Positions 13,689 to 24,009 of a stretch of 64,000 nt of DNA are shown here, in pieces; positions within the stretch are counted from its first letter, which is position 1; each line of letters opens with the position of its first letter. Position numbers and translations under genes: made by a program. A model generated the notes under the pieces. That model did no database searches and was not told where the DNA came from. It saw only the letters and a list, made by a program, of their open reading frames with translations. The stretch lies in contig OZ024744.1 in NCBI GenBank assembly GCA_964016885.1, forward strand, positions 29,140,001 through 29,204,000. Reading direction: 5' to 3'. The stretch comes from Eledone cirrhosa (lineage: Eukaryota).

Positions 13689-13903
13689 GTTGTTTTTTTG
13701 TTTAAAATAGATATTGGGCAGAAAACCCCAATAAGCAGTTATTTAACCCCGAAGGGCCAAATAACGGGCAGAAAGACCCCTCTCACGAGGAGGAGGGTGT
13801 TTTTGTCTACAAGTTCGTTAAAGTTTTAAACAATTTACAATTGTTATAGCGTTCAAAATTTACAATACCTTACAGAGCCGAGCCTCCGTCAACCATAGCA
13901 TTC

Positions 13904-13936
<33 letters not shown>

Positions 13937-15636
13937 TTCATTTATTAGCCACAATGGCCGACATGTAGGGGACAATACAAAGACAGGGACAGTGGGGGTT
14001 TACAATAAGGTCGAGTAAAAGTGCACAATGGCAAGACTAATTTAACAATGAAAATATAAAAATATAAAATAAACTATGCATAAATATATAACAAAATAAA
14101 TTCCCCGATAGGGGGTGGACGACCCTGGGGTGATTCGGGTACCCCACCAATCCTGAACCACCCTGCGCTTCTAGGGCACCCAGGAGAGCACCCCTCTCCT
14201 CAAGTTAGGCAGCCTATAGGCGCATGGTCAGAGTAGGCTCATTCACACGAGCCATTCTCGCCACATTCACCCACCTTTTAGCAAATGTACTGGGGGGAAA
14301 CACTTCTCTCTCCACACTCACCCTCCTTTCCAGGTGAAACTTGAAGAAGTTGATGAGGGATTGGCCGAAGAGAAAAGTGTCTGTCTTTAGTCCTTTCAAC
14401 CTGGTCCACCATATAATCTCTTTCGCAACTGCCACCAGACAGAGGAAAATGTCCTGCTCTTCCTGACCTAAGGAAGGTGGCGGCTCGATCTTCACTATGG
14501 ACTCGGCCGATAGCCGGATTCGTTCCACACGTGACAGTAGCTGTTCGACATAACTCCACAAGTCAGTAATGCACGGACATTGGACAAGTGCGTGCAGAAC
14601 GGTTTCGTCGTTCTGTGCGCATCTTGGGCAGGTCCGTCTGACAGCACTTCCGTGCCTGTAGAGTTTATCCCGAACCGGCAGTGCCCCCCACCCCCCGGTA
14701 GCACTTCCAAGCGAGGGATTTCTGGAAATTGTCCATCGTCCCCGGCTCAAAAGTCCTCCGGTACAGACTGGTCAGTTCGACTTCGTCGAGGCCCAAAGCT
14801 TCTCCGAGTGAGTCATCGCACTTGCCCACCACTAATCCTCTATAGAACTCGAGAGTGGAAGTTCCACTGATCGCATTGCCCGCTTGGTAGAGGGCAGTGA
14901 GTGCCTGGCAACATTCCAGGTGCCAGTCACCCAGTCTCGGTCTCTTCTTGACCCAGGACTGCAGCTCATTCAAAGAAATGAGCTGCGGAAAGGCCCGTCT
15001 GATAAACGGCGACTACACCTGCTCACCATTGAGGCAGAATATCTGGAGATGTCGCAGCCTCAACGCATGTCTGCGCATCATTAGCCACGGCATGCCCAGC
15101 CCTCCGCGTAGAGGGTGCTGGCAGCAGATGAACCGCCTCACCAACAGAACTTGTCCCCTCCACAAGAATTTGAAGAGGAGCCGTTCCAACTTGACGAGGC
15201 GCGGACGGGGGAAAGGCACGACCGTTAGGCGGTAGTAGATGACGGACGCGATGTACGCATTCGCCACCTCCGCGCGACCTTTCAGTGATAGCTTCCTCCC
15301 AGCCCATTTTTGGGTGAGACTGGCTACTCTGCTCGTTACCTCGTTCCAATTCTTTTCCACCTGGAGGTCTGGTCCGAACCAAACCCCGAGCAACTTTAGT
15401 GGTCCGTCCGTCCAGTGCCTCACGACGCTGTTGGACGGCATGGGCTTGCCTCTCCAGGTTCCGAGCTGCAAGCCCACCGACTTTTCCGGGTTAAGTTTGG
15501 CTCCTGTCAACCTTTCATATTCCTTCAATAAGGTGCCGACCACCTCGATTTCTGAGGTGTCCGCATAAGCCGACACCGCCTTTCCACGTCCCGGTTCGAG
15601 CGGGATGCCCTGCAACAGCTCCAGCTTCCGCTGTAA
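13937..15636 (-). mobile_element. 5'-truncated Tx1-like LINE, different subfamily (T3)
   Basis: RT C-terminus and zinc finger in ORFs 15013-15699, 14665-14973 and 14214-14750. YADD region partly deleted. AATAAA+(ATT)n 3' end. Confidence 0.88.
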
Positions 15637-15656
15637 TATTAATAATAATAATGTAG

Positions 15657-16615
15657 TAAAACAACCTACAAAAATACGTGACTGATAGTAAGGAGCCAAT
15701 GCTCAGAGCTGTACTGAAGGAGGGGACAGTAGGCCAGGGGATGTCCAGGGAGGAAATAACATCAAGGAGGAAGAGCAGCCTTAAGGGAAAACCCCTTCAT
15801 AGTACCTTCTTTGAGAAAACTGAATTTAGAGATCCACAGACATGGAACTGGTTGAGAAGAGGAGACCTCAAAAAGGCTACAGAAGGAATGCTAATGGCTG
15901 CGCAGGAGCAGGCCCTCAAAACGAAGTGGTTGAAGCACCATATCTACAAAGAGGAGGCCAGCCCACTGTGCAGGATCTGTGGAGAGAGAGAGGAGACTGT
16001 GGCTCACATTGTGTCCGAGTGTAAACACCTAGCCCAGACCCACTATAATGGCTGGAGACACGATGTGATGGGCAGGGTGATCCACTGGCACCTGTGCAAA
16101 GTAAACAATCTACCACATTCTGAGAAATGGTATGAGCATAGGCCAGAGGCGGTGATGGAGAACAATCAGGTGAAGGTGCTGTGGGATTTTAGGATACAGA
16201 CGGACAAAAAACTGGAACACAATAGACCTGACCTGGTGGTTGTGGACAAAGAAAAAAGATCGTGCCTGATTGTGGATGTGGCCTGCCCGTTCGACACGAG
16301 AGTGCAAGAGAAGGAGAGGGAGAAAATTAACCGATACCAGGACCTAAAGTGGGAGGTGAAAAGGATTTGGAACTGCCATGAAGTCAAAGTGATCCCGATT
16401 GTCATAGGCGCACTGGGGACTATCTCCAAAAGTTTCCAGGGATGGTTAAAGAAATTCGGCCCCTTCACGCTTTTTGGAACGCTTCAAAAGGCATGCTTGC
16501 TTGGAACAGCAAGAACCCTCCGATACGTCCTGAATATCTGAGGCTGCAGGTAGTGGCTTGATATTCAATCCAACGGACTTTCCAGTTAACCAACATCAAT
16601 GACTGAGATTCAAGG
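15657..16615 (+). mobile_element. R4/Dong-like family B, 5'-truncated copy B1; tail (AAT)n 16616-16685
   Basis: ORF 15678-16541 equals the CCHC+RLE C-terminus of the 1130-aa protein. Confidence 0.92.
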
Positions 16616-16627
16616 AATAACAATAAC

Positions 16628-16685
<58 letters not shown>

Positions 16686-16686
<1 letters not shown>

Positions 16687-17666
16687 GAGGACTGTGTTCA
16701 GATGGAGAAAAACAACCTATACAAATACGTGACCTATAGTAAGGAGCCAATGCTCAGAACTGTACTGAAGGAGGGGACAGTAGGCCAGGGGATGTCCAAG
16801 GAGGAAATAACATCAAGGAGAAAGAGCAGCCTTAAGGGAAAATCCCTTCATAGTACCTTCTTTGAGAAAACTGAATTTAGAGATCCACAGACATGGAACT
16901 GGTTGAGAAGAGGAGACCTCAAAAAGGCTACAGAAGGAATGCTAATGGCTGCGCAGGAGCAGGCCCTCAAAACGAAGTGGTTGAAGCACCATATCTACAA
17001 GGAGGAGGCTAGCCCACTGTGCAGGATCTGTGGAGAGAGAGAGGAGACTGTGGCTCACATTGTGTCCGAGTGTAAACACCTAGCCCAGACCCACTATAAG
17101 GGCTGGAGACACGATGTGATGGGCAGGGTGATCCACTGGCACCTGTGCAAAGTAAACAATTTACCACATTCTGAGAAATGGTATGAGTATAAGCCAGAGG
17201 CGGTGATGGAGAACGATCAGGTGAAGGTGCTGTGGGATTTTAGGATACAGACGGACAAAAAACTGGAACACAATAGACCTGACCTGGTGGTTGTGGACAA
17301 AGAAAAAAGATCGTGCCTGATTGTGGATGTGGCCTGCCCGTTCGACACGAGAGTGCAAGAGAAGGAGAGGGAGAAAATTAACCGATACCAGGACCTAAAG
17401 TGGGAGGTGAAAAGGATTTGGAACTGCCATGAAGTCAAAGTGATCCCGATTGTCATAGGCGCACTGGGGACTATCTCCAAAAGTTTCCAGGGATGGTTAA
17501 AGGAAATCGGCCCCTTCACGCTTTTTGGAACGCTTCAAAAGGCATGCTTGCTTGGAACAGCAAGAACCCTCCGATACGTCCTGAATATCTGAGGCTGCAG
17601 GTAGTGGCTTGATATTCAATCCAACGGACTTTCCAGTTAACCAACATCAATGCCTGAGATTCAAGG
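16686..17666 (+). mobile_element. Family B 5'-truncated copy B2; tail 17667-17753
   Basis: ORF 16702-17592 is the C-terminus of the family B protein. Confidence 0.92.
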
Positions 17667-17678
17667 AATAACAACAAC

Positions 17679-17749
<71 letters not shown>

Positions 17750-17754
<5 letters not shown>

Positions 17755-18307
17755 GGGAATTGCAGGAGGAGACACACTGATCTTGCCATGGGATGGATAG
17801 ACTACAGAAAGGCATTTGACATGGTGCCTCATTCTTGGATCACCAAAAGCCTGGAGATCTTCAAGGTGGCAGATAACATCAGGCAGTTGTTGGGCAGGAG
17901 TATGGGGTCCTGGGAGACAGAGTTGACATCAACTGGAGAATCCTTGGGAAGCGTGAAGATCAAGAGAGGTATCTTCCAGGGAGATAGCCTGTCCCCTCTG
18001 TTGTTTGTCCTTGCCCTGATGCCCCTGACCAGTGTACTGCGAAAAGTGAGAGCAGGATACAGGTTGGGAAAGGGAGGGCTTACCATCAATCACTTCCTCT
18101 TCATGGACGATCTTAAGCTCTTCGGGAAGAGTGAGGAGTTGGATGTGCTTGTTGACACTGTCCATATTTTCAGCAGTGATATATGTATGCAGTTTGGTAT
18201 TAGTAAGTGTGGAGTCATTGTGATGAGGAGGGGTAGGTTGAGCAGAAGTAACGGAATCCAGATACCAACAGGTGAGATGATAAAGGAAATTGACTCTGAG
18301 GAAGGAT
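17750..18307 (+). mobile_element. Family B internal RT fragment B3 (5' truncated, 3' deleted)
   Basis: MGNCRRRH...FMDD...EIDSEEG, then an abrupt switch. Confidence 0.9.
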
Positions 18308-18724
18308 TTTGTCGCTGTGGTGGTGGTGGCGGTGGCGGCTTTAACACCTGAAGTCATTGGTAATGGCGGGTAATGAATGTCTGCCTGAGACAAATTTAAA
18401 ATATTGCTACTACTTATATTTTTAGTCTTGGCAAACGTAGTAATATTTACAATGGTGGTGTCGGTGTGCGGTGTTAGTTTGTGAGGAAGGTGTGAATCTG
18501 AGTCGTTCATGGTTTTTCAAAGAAATATCTTTGTTTGATAATTATAAAAGTTTAAATTTTGGGTTCAAGGCCCCAATCTTTTTGAGTGTCTTTTTCAGAA
18601 AACAATGTATGTACACTTATATACAGTTATAAATAAAAAATTTCCGTAAATAGCAATTTTAAACAACTGAAAATAACAAACCTTTGCGGAGCTCACGATA
18701 ATACGATTTACTACGTAGGTCGCC
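18308..18724 (-). mobile_element. Orphan 5' end (5'UTR + ORF1 start) of a T1-type element
   Basis: Aligns with 7410-7864. Ends at the same GGCGACC terminus next to (AAT)n 18725-18798. Confidence 0.9.
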
Positions 18725-18734
18725 AATAATAATA

Positions 18735-18798
<64 letters not shown>

Positions 18799-18802
<4 letters not shown>

Positions 18803-19358
18803 AGAATTGGTGGGAGCATCAACCACCTCCCATACTTGAAAAAGATCACATCTCAATCTTGTGGAACTTTAGCATCCAAACAGACCGAAAAATAGATGCA
18901 AATAGACCTGATATAATATTGAAGGACTTTCAAAGGAGGGTATGCCTGCTAATTGATATGTCTGTTCCAATAGACAAGAATGTATCTATAAAAACATTTG
19001 AAAAATTGAGCAAGTATAAGGACCTGGAGATAGAAATTGGAAAAATGTGGAAATTGAGAACTAAAACAATACCAGTGGTTGTAGGCGCTCTGGGAATGAT
19101 ACCTAAGGGGTCTAACGACTACTTATCGCAAATCCCAGGAAACCCGCGTATAGGAGAAATACAAAAGATAGTACTAATGGGAACTGCCCATATACTAAGG
19201 AAGATCCTGTCAATATAAGTACATCACAAGTCTAAACACTAAGGATGCATGTGTGAATATGTGTGTTCTTTCTTGAACATGGCGGACCTTGTTGTCTCTT
19301 GAGGTCACTGGTTGTGACTTGGTGATAACTCGTATAAACATAAAGCAAGATAAATGCA
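18799..19358 (+). mobile_element. Family A 5'-truncated copy A2; tail 19359-19444
   Basis: ORF 18859-19218 is identical in protein to the A1 C-terminus; same 3'UTR. Confidence 0.92.
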
Positions 19359-19444
<86 letters not shown>

Positions 19445-22400
19445 GGGAAGAAGACGCACGAGGTGACGGAGGTCATGAAATCGCTCCCGTAAGTTTTGAA
19501 TTTTTAACATATTTAAACCATTTGTGAAATAACAACTCTTAGTACAAATGCTACGTAAAGCACCCGGCTTGAGCCCCAAAAAATTCGGACCCAAAATATA
19601 TTGTTATAAGGCTCAAATATTCAAATATTCAACTTTGTATTGTACACTGTATATCCAAAAAAGAAAATGGCTATAAATGGAAGAAGAACCCCCCCCCCCC
19701 CTCCTCCTCTGTATACACTATATAGAACAGCCAAACTCACCAACACCAGAAACTAGATACACCACCCACCCTATCACCTGTGTACACTAAACCACCACCG
19801 ATCACTACGGCCATCATTACAACCATTATCCCATCACCGCCGCCACCACCCCTTCACTCCTTCACTGCTGCCACCGCTACAGCACCATCGCTACAGTAAT
19901 ACGGTCACATCACCGCCACCACTGTCTCGGTATCGACATCACCACCACCACTGTCTCAGTATCGCTACCGCCGCCAGTCTCCCACTTCTTCTTTTAGCTG
20001 GCTGCTGCCACCACATTATAGAATCCCTACTGCTAAAAAAGAGGAAGGCATCAAAATATATAGATAGACTCAAAAGAAAAAAGAAAAAATAAACAACAAA
20101 AGCAGCACAGCAACAACAGTAAAAAACGAGAAAAACAGAGAAAAACAAAAACAAAAAAAGAAACCCCCAAAACGTAAAGAAAATAAGAATGAAGAGAGAG
20201 GCAGGCGGACGGACAGAGAAGAGGGGGGAAAAAGTAAAACTTAAAAAACAAAAACTAAGTCAGACATTCGAATACTACATTACAATGAAACTTATGCTTA
20301 TTCATTTTTGGGGCCCTTTCTGCCCGTGTGTTTGTTTGTTTATGTGTGTCCGTATACAGCGTGGTGATAATGCCACACAAGGGCCAAGTGGGATGGCGGA
20401 TCCACAGATGGCTATGTAAACATACATTCGCCAATCCTCGATAAGAGTGTTTAAATATCGAACATAAACAGTTCGAATAACGGTGAAATGGAGACTAGAA
20501 CGTCATGTGACAGACTCTCACCCAACAGGTGCCCCCTGGCTCAGCAGCAGGAACCTGACTGTCAACGAAATACTGCTGATGTTGGAGGAAGAAGAAGAAG
20601 GAAAGGGGCCAGAACCAACTGGACGAAAGAATTGAATAGAACTGTTATGCAATGCTACCTGAAAAGTAACCCCAAGGAGAGGGGCTACAGGAGACGGATG
20701 CATAACATCTGGAACGAGATTGGTTTATTTAAATTAGATGAACAAAAATTGGCCGGGCAGGCTCGGGTAATAAGAACTAATGGGTGGATAAGCGAGCTGG
20801 AACTGGAGGAACTGAGCAGAGAGAATGGCTTGGAGATGGCGGGTGTAGTATGCCAGACAAGCGAGCCGGCGGGAAATGAAGGTGAGGAGGTCCTGAGAGC
20901 GGAGGAACCACCCGAAGCAGACAATGATCTGAATACTGAGATAAATAATACCTGGAACAGAGATACGGCCACTGAGGAGATGAATGCTGACGGGCTAGGA
21001 CAAGATTCGGTTGACATCCTAAATTTAGTGGTAGATGAGTTGAACAATGATAGTGGGAGACCTATGAACCTAAGATTTGTAGACAGGAAAAAGTTAAAAG
21101 AAACAACAGCTAAGGTAAACAAAGTCATCCCATACCTTGAGGCGAGGAGTCTTCACCAGTGCAACAATATCCTCAAAGCAACAGCAAATACGGTGAGGAA
21201 ACTACTTGGTATAAAAGCGAGAGGAAACAACAGACAAGAAAGAGCAGAGCCGTGGTGGAAGAAGCGACTGAGTGGGCAAATCGGGGAAATGAGAAATGAC
21301 ATAGGAAAGCTTGAGTCACTACTGAATGGGACACTAAAAAACATAGGCACTAAAAATAGACTGGAAATAAAATACAAAACTAGGAGTAAAAAGCTAAATA
21401 TTATCATAGAGGAATTGAAGCAACGCATTGTAGCAAAGAGTGCCAAAATCAGGCGATACGAGAACAGAGTCAGTCAGTATAAACAGAACCGCATGTTCGA
21501 CAACAACCAGAAGATGCTGTTTGGACAGCTTGAGGGGAAAGAAAGAGGCACCGACTTGATCCCTGGGGCGGAACAAGCTAAAACATTCTGGAGAGGAATA
21601 TGGGAGCAGGATGTTAGACACAATGCCCAGGCAGGGTGGATTGAGACAGTACAGAGGGAGATCGGTGAGCAGGCACAGCAACAGACTGATTTGAGTATCA
21701 CAGTTGAAACTCTTAAGGGGCAAGCCAAAAAACTAACCAACTGGAAATCACCAGGCCCAGATGGTGTGCAGGGGTATTGGATTAAACATTTAACATCCCT
21801 CCACCCGAAGCTGACGGCCATGTTCAATGACTGCTTGGTGTCGGGTGAGGTGCCAGAGTGGTTGACAAAAGGTACCACAGTTCTGATAATGAAAGACCGA
21901 ATCAAGGGTAATGATGTTACCAACTATAGACCTATCACATGTCTGCCCGTAATGTGGAAACTGTTGACGAGCATTGTGTCTGAGGAAATCTACCATCACC
22001 TCCACACAAACAACTTGTTGCCGGACGAACAGAAAGGATGCCGAAAGAAGTCACGTGGTACAAAGGACCAGTTGCTTATTGATAAGATGGTAATGGGGAA
22101 TTGCAGGAGGAGACACACTGATCTTGCCATGGGATGGATAGACTACAGAAAGGCATTTGACATGGTGCCTCATTCCTGGATCACCAAAAGCCTGGAGATC
22201 TTCGGGGTGGCAGATAACATCAGAGAGTTGCTGGGCAGGAGTATGGGGTCCTGGGAGACAGAGTTGACATCAACTGGAGTATCCTTGGGAAGCGTGAAGA
22301 TCAAGAGAGGTATCTTCCAGGGAGATAGCCTGTCCCCTCTGTTGTTTGTCCTTGCCCTGATGCCCTTGACCATTATGCTGCGAAAAGTGAGAGCAGGATA

Positions 22401-23954
22401 CAAGTTGGGAAGGGGAGAGCTTACCATCAATCACCTCCTCTTCATGGACGATCTTAAGCTCTTCGGGAAAAGTGAGAAGGAGTTGGATGTGCTTGTTGAC
22501 ACTGTCCGTATTTTCAGCAGTGATATATGTATGCAGTTTGGTATTGGTAAATGTGGAGTCATTGTGATGAGGAGGGGTAGGTTGAGCAGAAGTAACGGGA
22601 TCCAGATACCAACAGGTGAGATGATAAAGGAAATTGACTCTGAGGAAGGATACAAGTATTTGGGCGTTCTGGAGGCTGATGGCATAAAGAACAAAAAAAT
22701 GAAGGAATTGTTAAGAACTGAATACATTCGGAGAGTAAGGAGCGTATTGAAGTCACATCTGAACAGCAGAAATGCCATAAGCGCAGTAAATTCCCGAGCT
22801 GTGTCTATTATTAGGTACAGTGCGGGAATTCTGAGATGGAATGTTGCTGAACAAAAAGAAATGGATAGGAAGACTAGGAAGCTATTGACTATCTACAACA
22901 TGTTCCACAAGAGGAGTGATGTCGATAGACTCTACCTAAGGAGATCTGAGGGTGGAAGAGGTCTTATCAGCATAGAGGACTGTGTTCAGATGGAGAAAAA
23001 CAACCTATACAAATACGTGACCTATAGTAAGGAGCCAATGCTCAGAGCTGTACTGAAGGAGGGGAGAGTAGGCCAGGGGATACCCAAGGAGGAAATAACA
23101 TCAAGGAGGAAGAGCAGCCTTAAGGGAAAATCCCTTCATAGTACCTTCTTTGAGAAAACTGAATTTAGAGATCCACAGACATGGAACTGGTTGAGAAGAG
23201 GAGACCTCAAAAAGGCTACAGAAGGAATGCTAATGGCTGCGCAGGAGCAGGCCCTCAAAACGAAGTGGTTGAAGCACCATATCTACAAGGAGGAGGCTAG
23301 CCCACTGTGCAGGATCTGTGGAGAGAGAGAGGAGACTGTGGCTCACATTGTGTCCGAGTGTAAACACCTAGCCCAGACCCACTATAAGGGCTGGAGACAC
23401 GATGTGATGGGCAGGGTGATCCACTGGCACCTGTGCAAAGTAAACAATCTACCACATTCTGAGAAATGGTATGAGCATAGGCCAGAGGCGGTGATGGAGA
23501 ACAGTCAGGTGAAGGTGCTGTGGGATTTTAGGATACAGACGGACAAAAAACTGGAACACAATAGACCTGACCTGGTGGTTGTGGACAAAGAAAAAAGATC
23601 GTGCCTGATTGTGGATGTGGCCTGCCCGTTCGACACGAGAGTGCAAGAGAAGGAGAGGGAGAAAATTAACCGATACCAGGACCTAAAGTGGGAGGTGAAA
23701 AGGATTTGGAACTGCCATGAAGTCAAAGTGATCCCGATTGTCATAGGCGCACTGGGGACTATCTCCAAAGGTTTCCAGGGATGGTTAAAGAAAATCGGCC
23801 CCTTCACGCTTTTTGGAACGCTTCAAAAGGCATGCTTGCTTGGAACGGCAAGAACCCTCCGATACGTCCTGAATATCTGAGGCTGCAGGTAGTGGCTTGA
23901 TATTCAATCCAACGGACTTTCCAGTTAACCAACATCAATGACTGAGATTCAAGG
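19445..23954 (+). mobile_element. Full-length R4/Dong-like family B element B4; tail 23955-24007
   Basis: About 1.04-kb leader (also in B7 and B9), single long ORF, short 3'UTR, (AAT)n on both sides. Confidence 0.95.
20488..23880 (+). CDS. Intact 1130-aa RLE retrotransposon protein: N-terminal Myb-like domain, RT (FMDD), CCHC knuckle, PD-(D/E)xK endonuclease
   Basis: Uninterrupted ORF. Motifs [75 protein letters not shown]. Confidence 0.93.
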   Translation: METRTSCDRLSPNRCPLAQQQEPDCQRNTADVGGRRRRKGARTNWTKELNRTVMQCYLKSNPKERGYRRRMHNIWNEIGLFKLDEQKLAGQARVIRTNGWISELELEELSRENGLEMAGVVCQTSEPAGNEGEEVLRAEEPPEADNDLNTEINNTWNRDTATEEMNADGLGQDSVDILNLVVDELNNDSGRPMNLRFVDRKKLKETTAKVNKVIPYLEARSLHQCNNILKATANTVRKLLGIKARGNNRQERAEPWWKKRLSGQIGEMRNDIGKLESLLNGTLKNIGTKNRLEIKYKTRSKKLNIIIEELKQRIVAKSAKIRRYENRVSQYKQNRMFDNNQKMLFGQLEGKERGTDLIPGAEQAKTFWRGIWEQDVRHNAQAGWIETVQREIGEQAQQQTDLSITVETLKGQAKKLTNWKSPGPDGVQGYWIKHLTSLHPKLTAMFNDCLVSGEVPEWLTKGTTVLIMKDRIKGNDVTNYRPITCLPVMWKLLTSIVSEEIYHHLHTNNLLPDEQKGCRKKSRGTKDQLLIDKMVMGNCRRRHTDLAMGWIDYRKAFDMVPHSWITKSLEIFGVADNIRELLGRSMGSWETELTSTGVSLGSVKIKRGIFQGDSLSPLLFVLALMPLTIMLRKVRAGYKLGRGELTINHLLFMDDLKLFGKSEKELDVLVDTVRIFSSDICMQFGIGKCGVIVMRRGRLSRSNGIQIPTGEMIKEIDSEEGYKYLGVLEADGIKNKKMKELLRTEYIRRVRSVLKSHLNSRNAISAVNSRAVSIIRYSAGILRWNVAEQKEMDRKTRKLLTIYNMFHKRSDVDRLYLRRSEGGRGLISIEDCVQMEKNNLYKYVTYSKEPMLRAVLKEGRVGQGIPKEEITSRRKSSLKGKSLHSTFFEKTEFRDPQTWNWLRRGDLKKATEGMLMAAQEQALKTKWLKHHIYKEEASPLCRICGEREETVAHIVSECKHLAQTHYKGWRHDVMGRVIHWHLCKVNNLPHSEKWYEHRPEAVMENSQVKVLWDFRIQTDKKLEHNRPDLVVVDKEKRSCLIVDVACPFDTRVQEKEREKINRYQDLKWEVKRIWNCHEVKVIPIVIGALGTISKGFQGWLKKIGPFTLFGTLQKACLLGTARTLRYVLNI

Positions 23955-23966
23955 AATAACAATAAC

Positions 23967-24005
<39 letters not shown>

Positions 24006-24009
<4 letters not shown>

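Larger units (their letters stand above)
7883..13903 (-). mobile_element. Full-length Tx1/L1-clade LINE, copy T2 (several stops and frameshifts)
   Basis: ORF2 pieces 8132-11548 are nearly identical to T1. ORF1 pieces are 12918-13688 and 11818-12978, and the C-terminus ends PLRKVR* near 11584. Flanked by (AAT)n at 7865-7882 and 13904-13936. Confidence 0.92.

Noticed and set aside
19445-19510. Spliced-leader RNA-like arrangement (short exon, GT donor, U-rich Sm-like site)
   Set aside because: The Sm-like site is not consistent across the three leaders and no SL stem-loops are evident
20400-20450. HDV-like ribozyme suggested by TCCTCG before the family B ORF
   Set aside because: No P1/P3 pairing found, and the motif is altered in B9
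20518-23807. Recurrent antisense ORFs within family B
   Set aside because: They are shadows of the long sense ORF and recur only because the copies are near-identical
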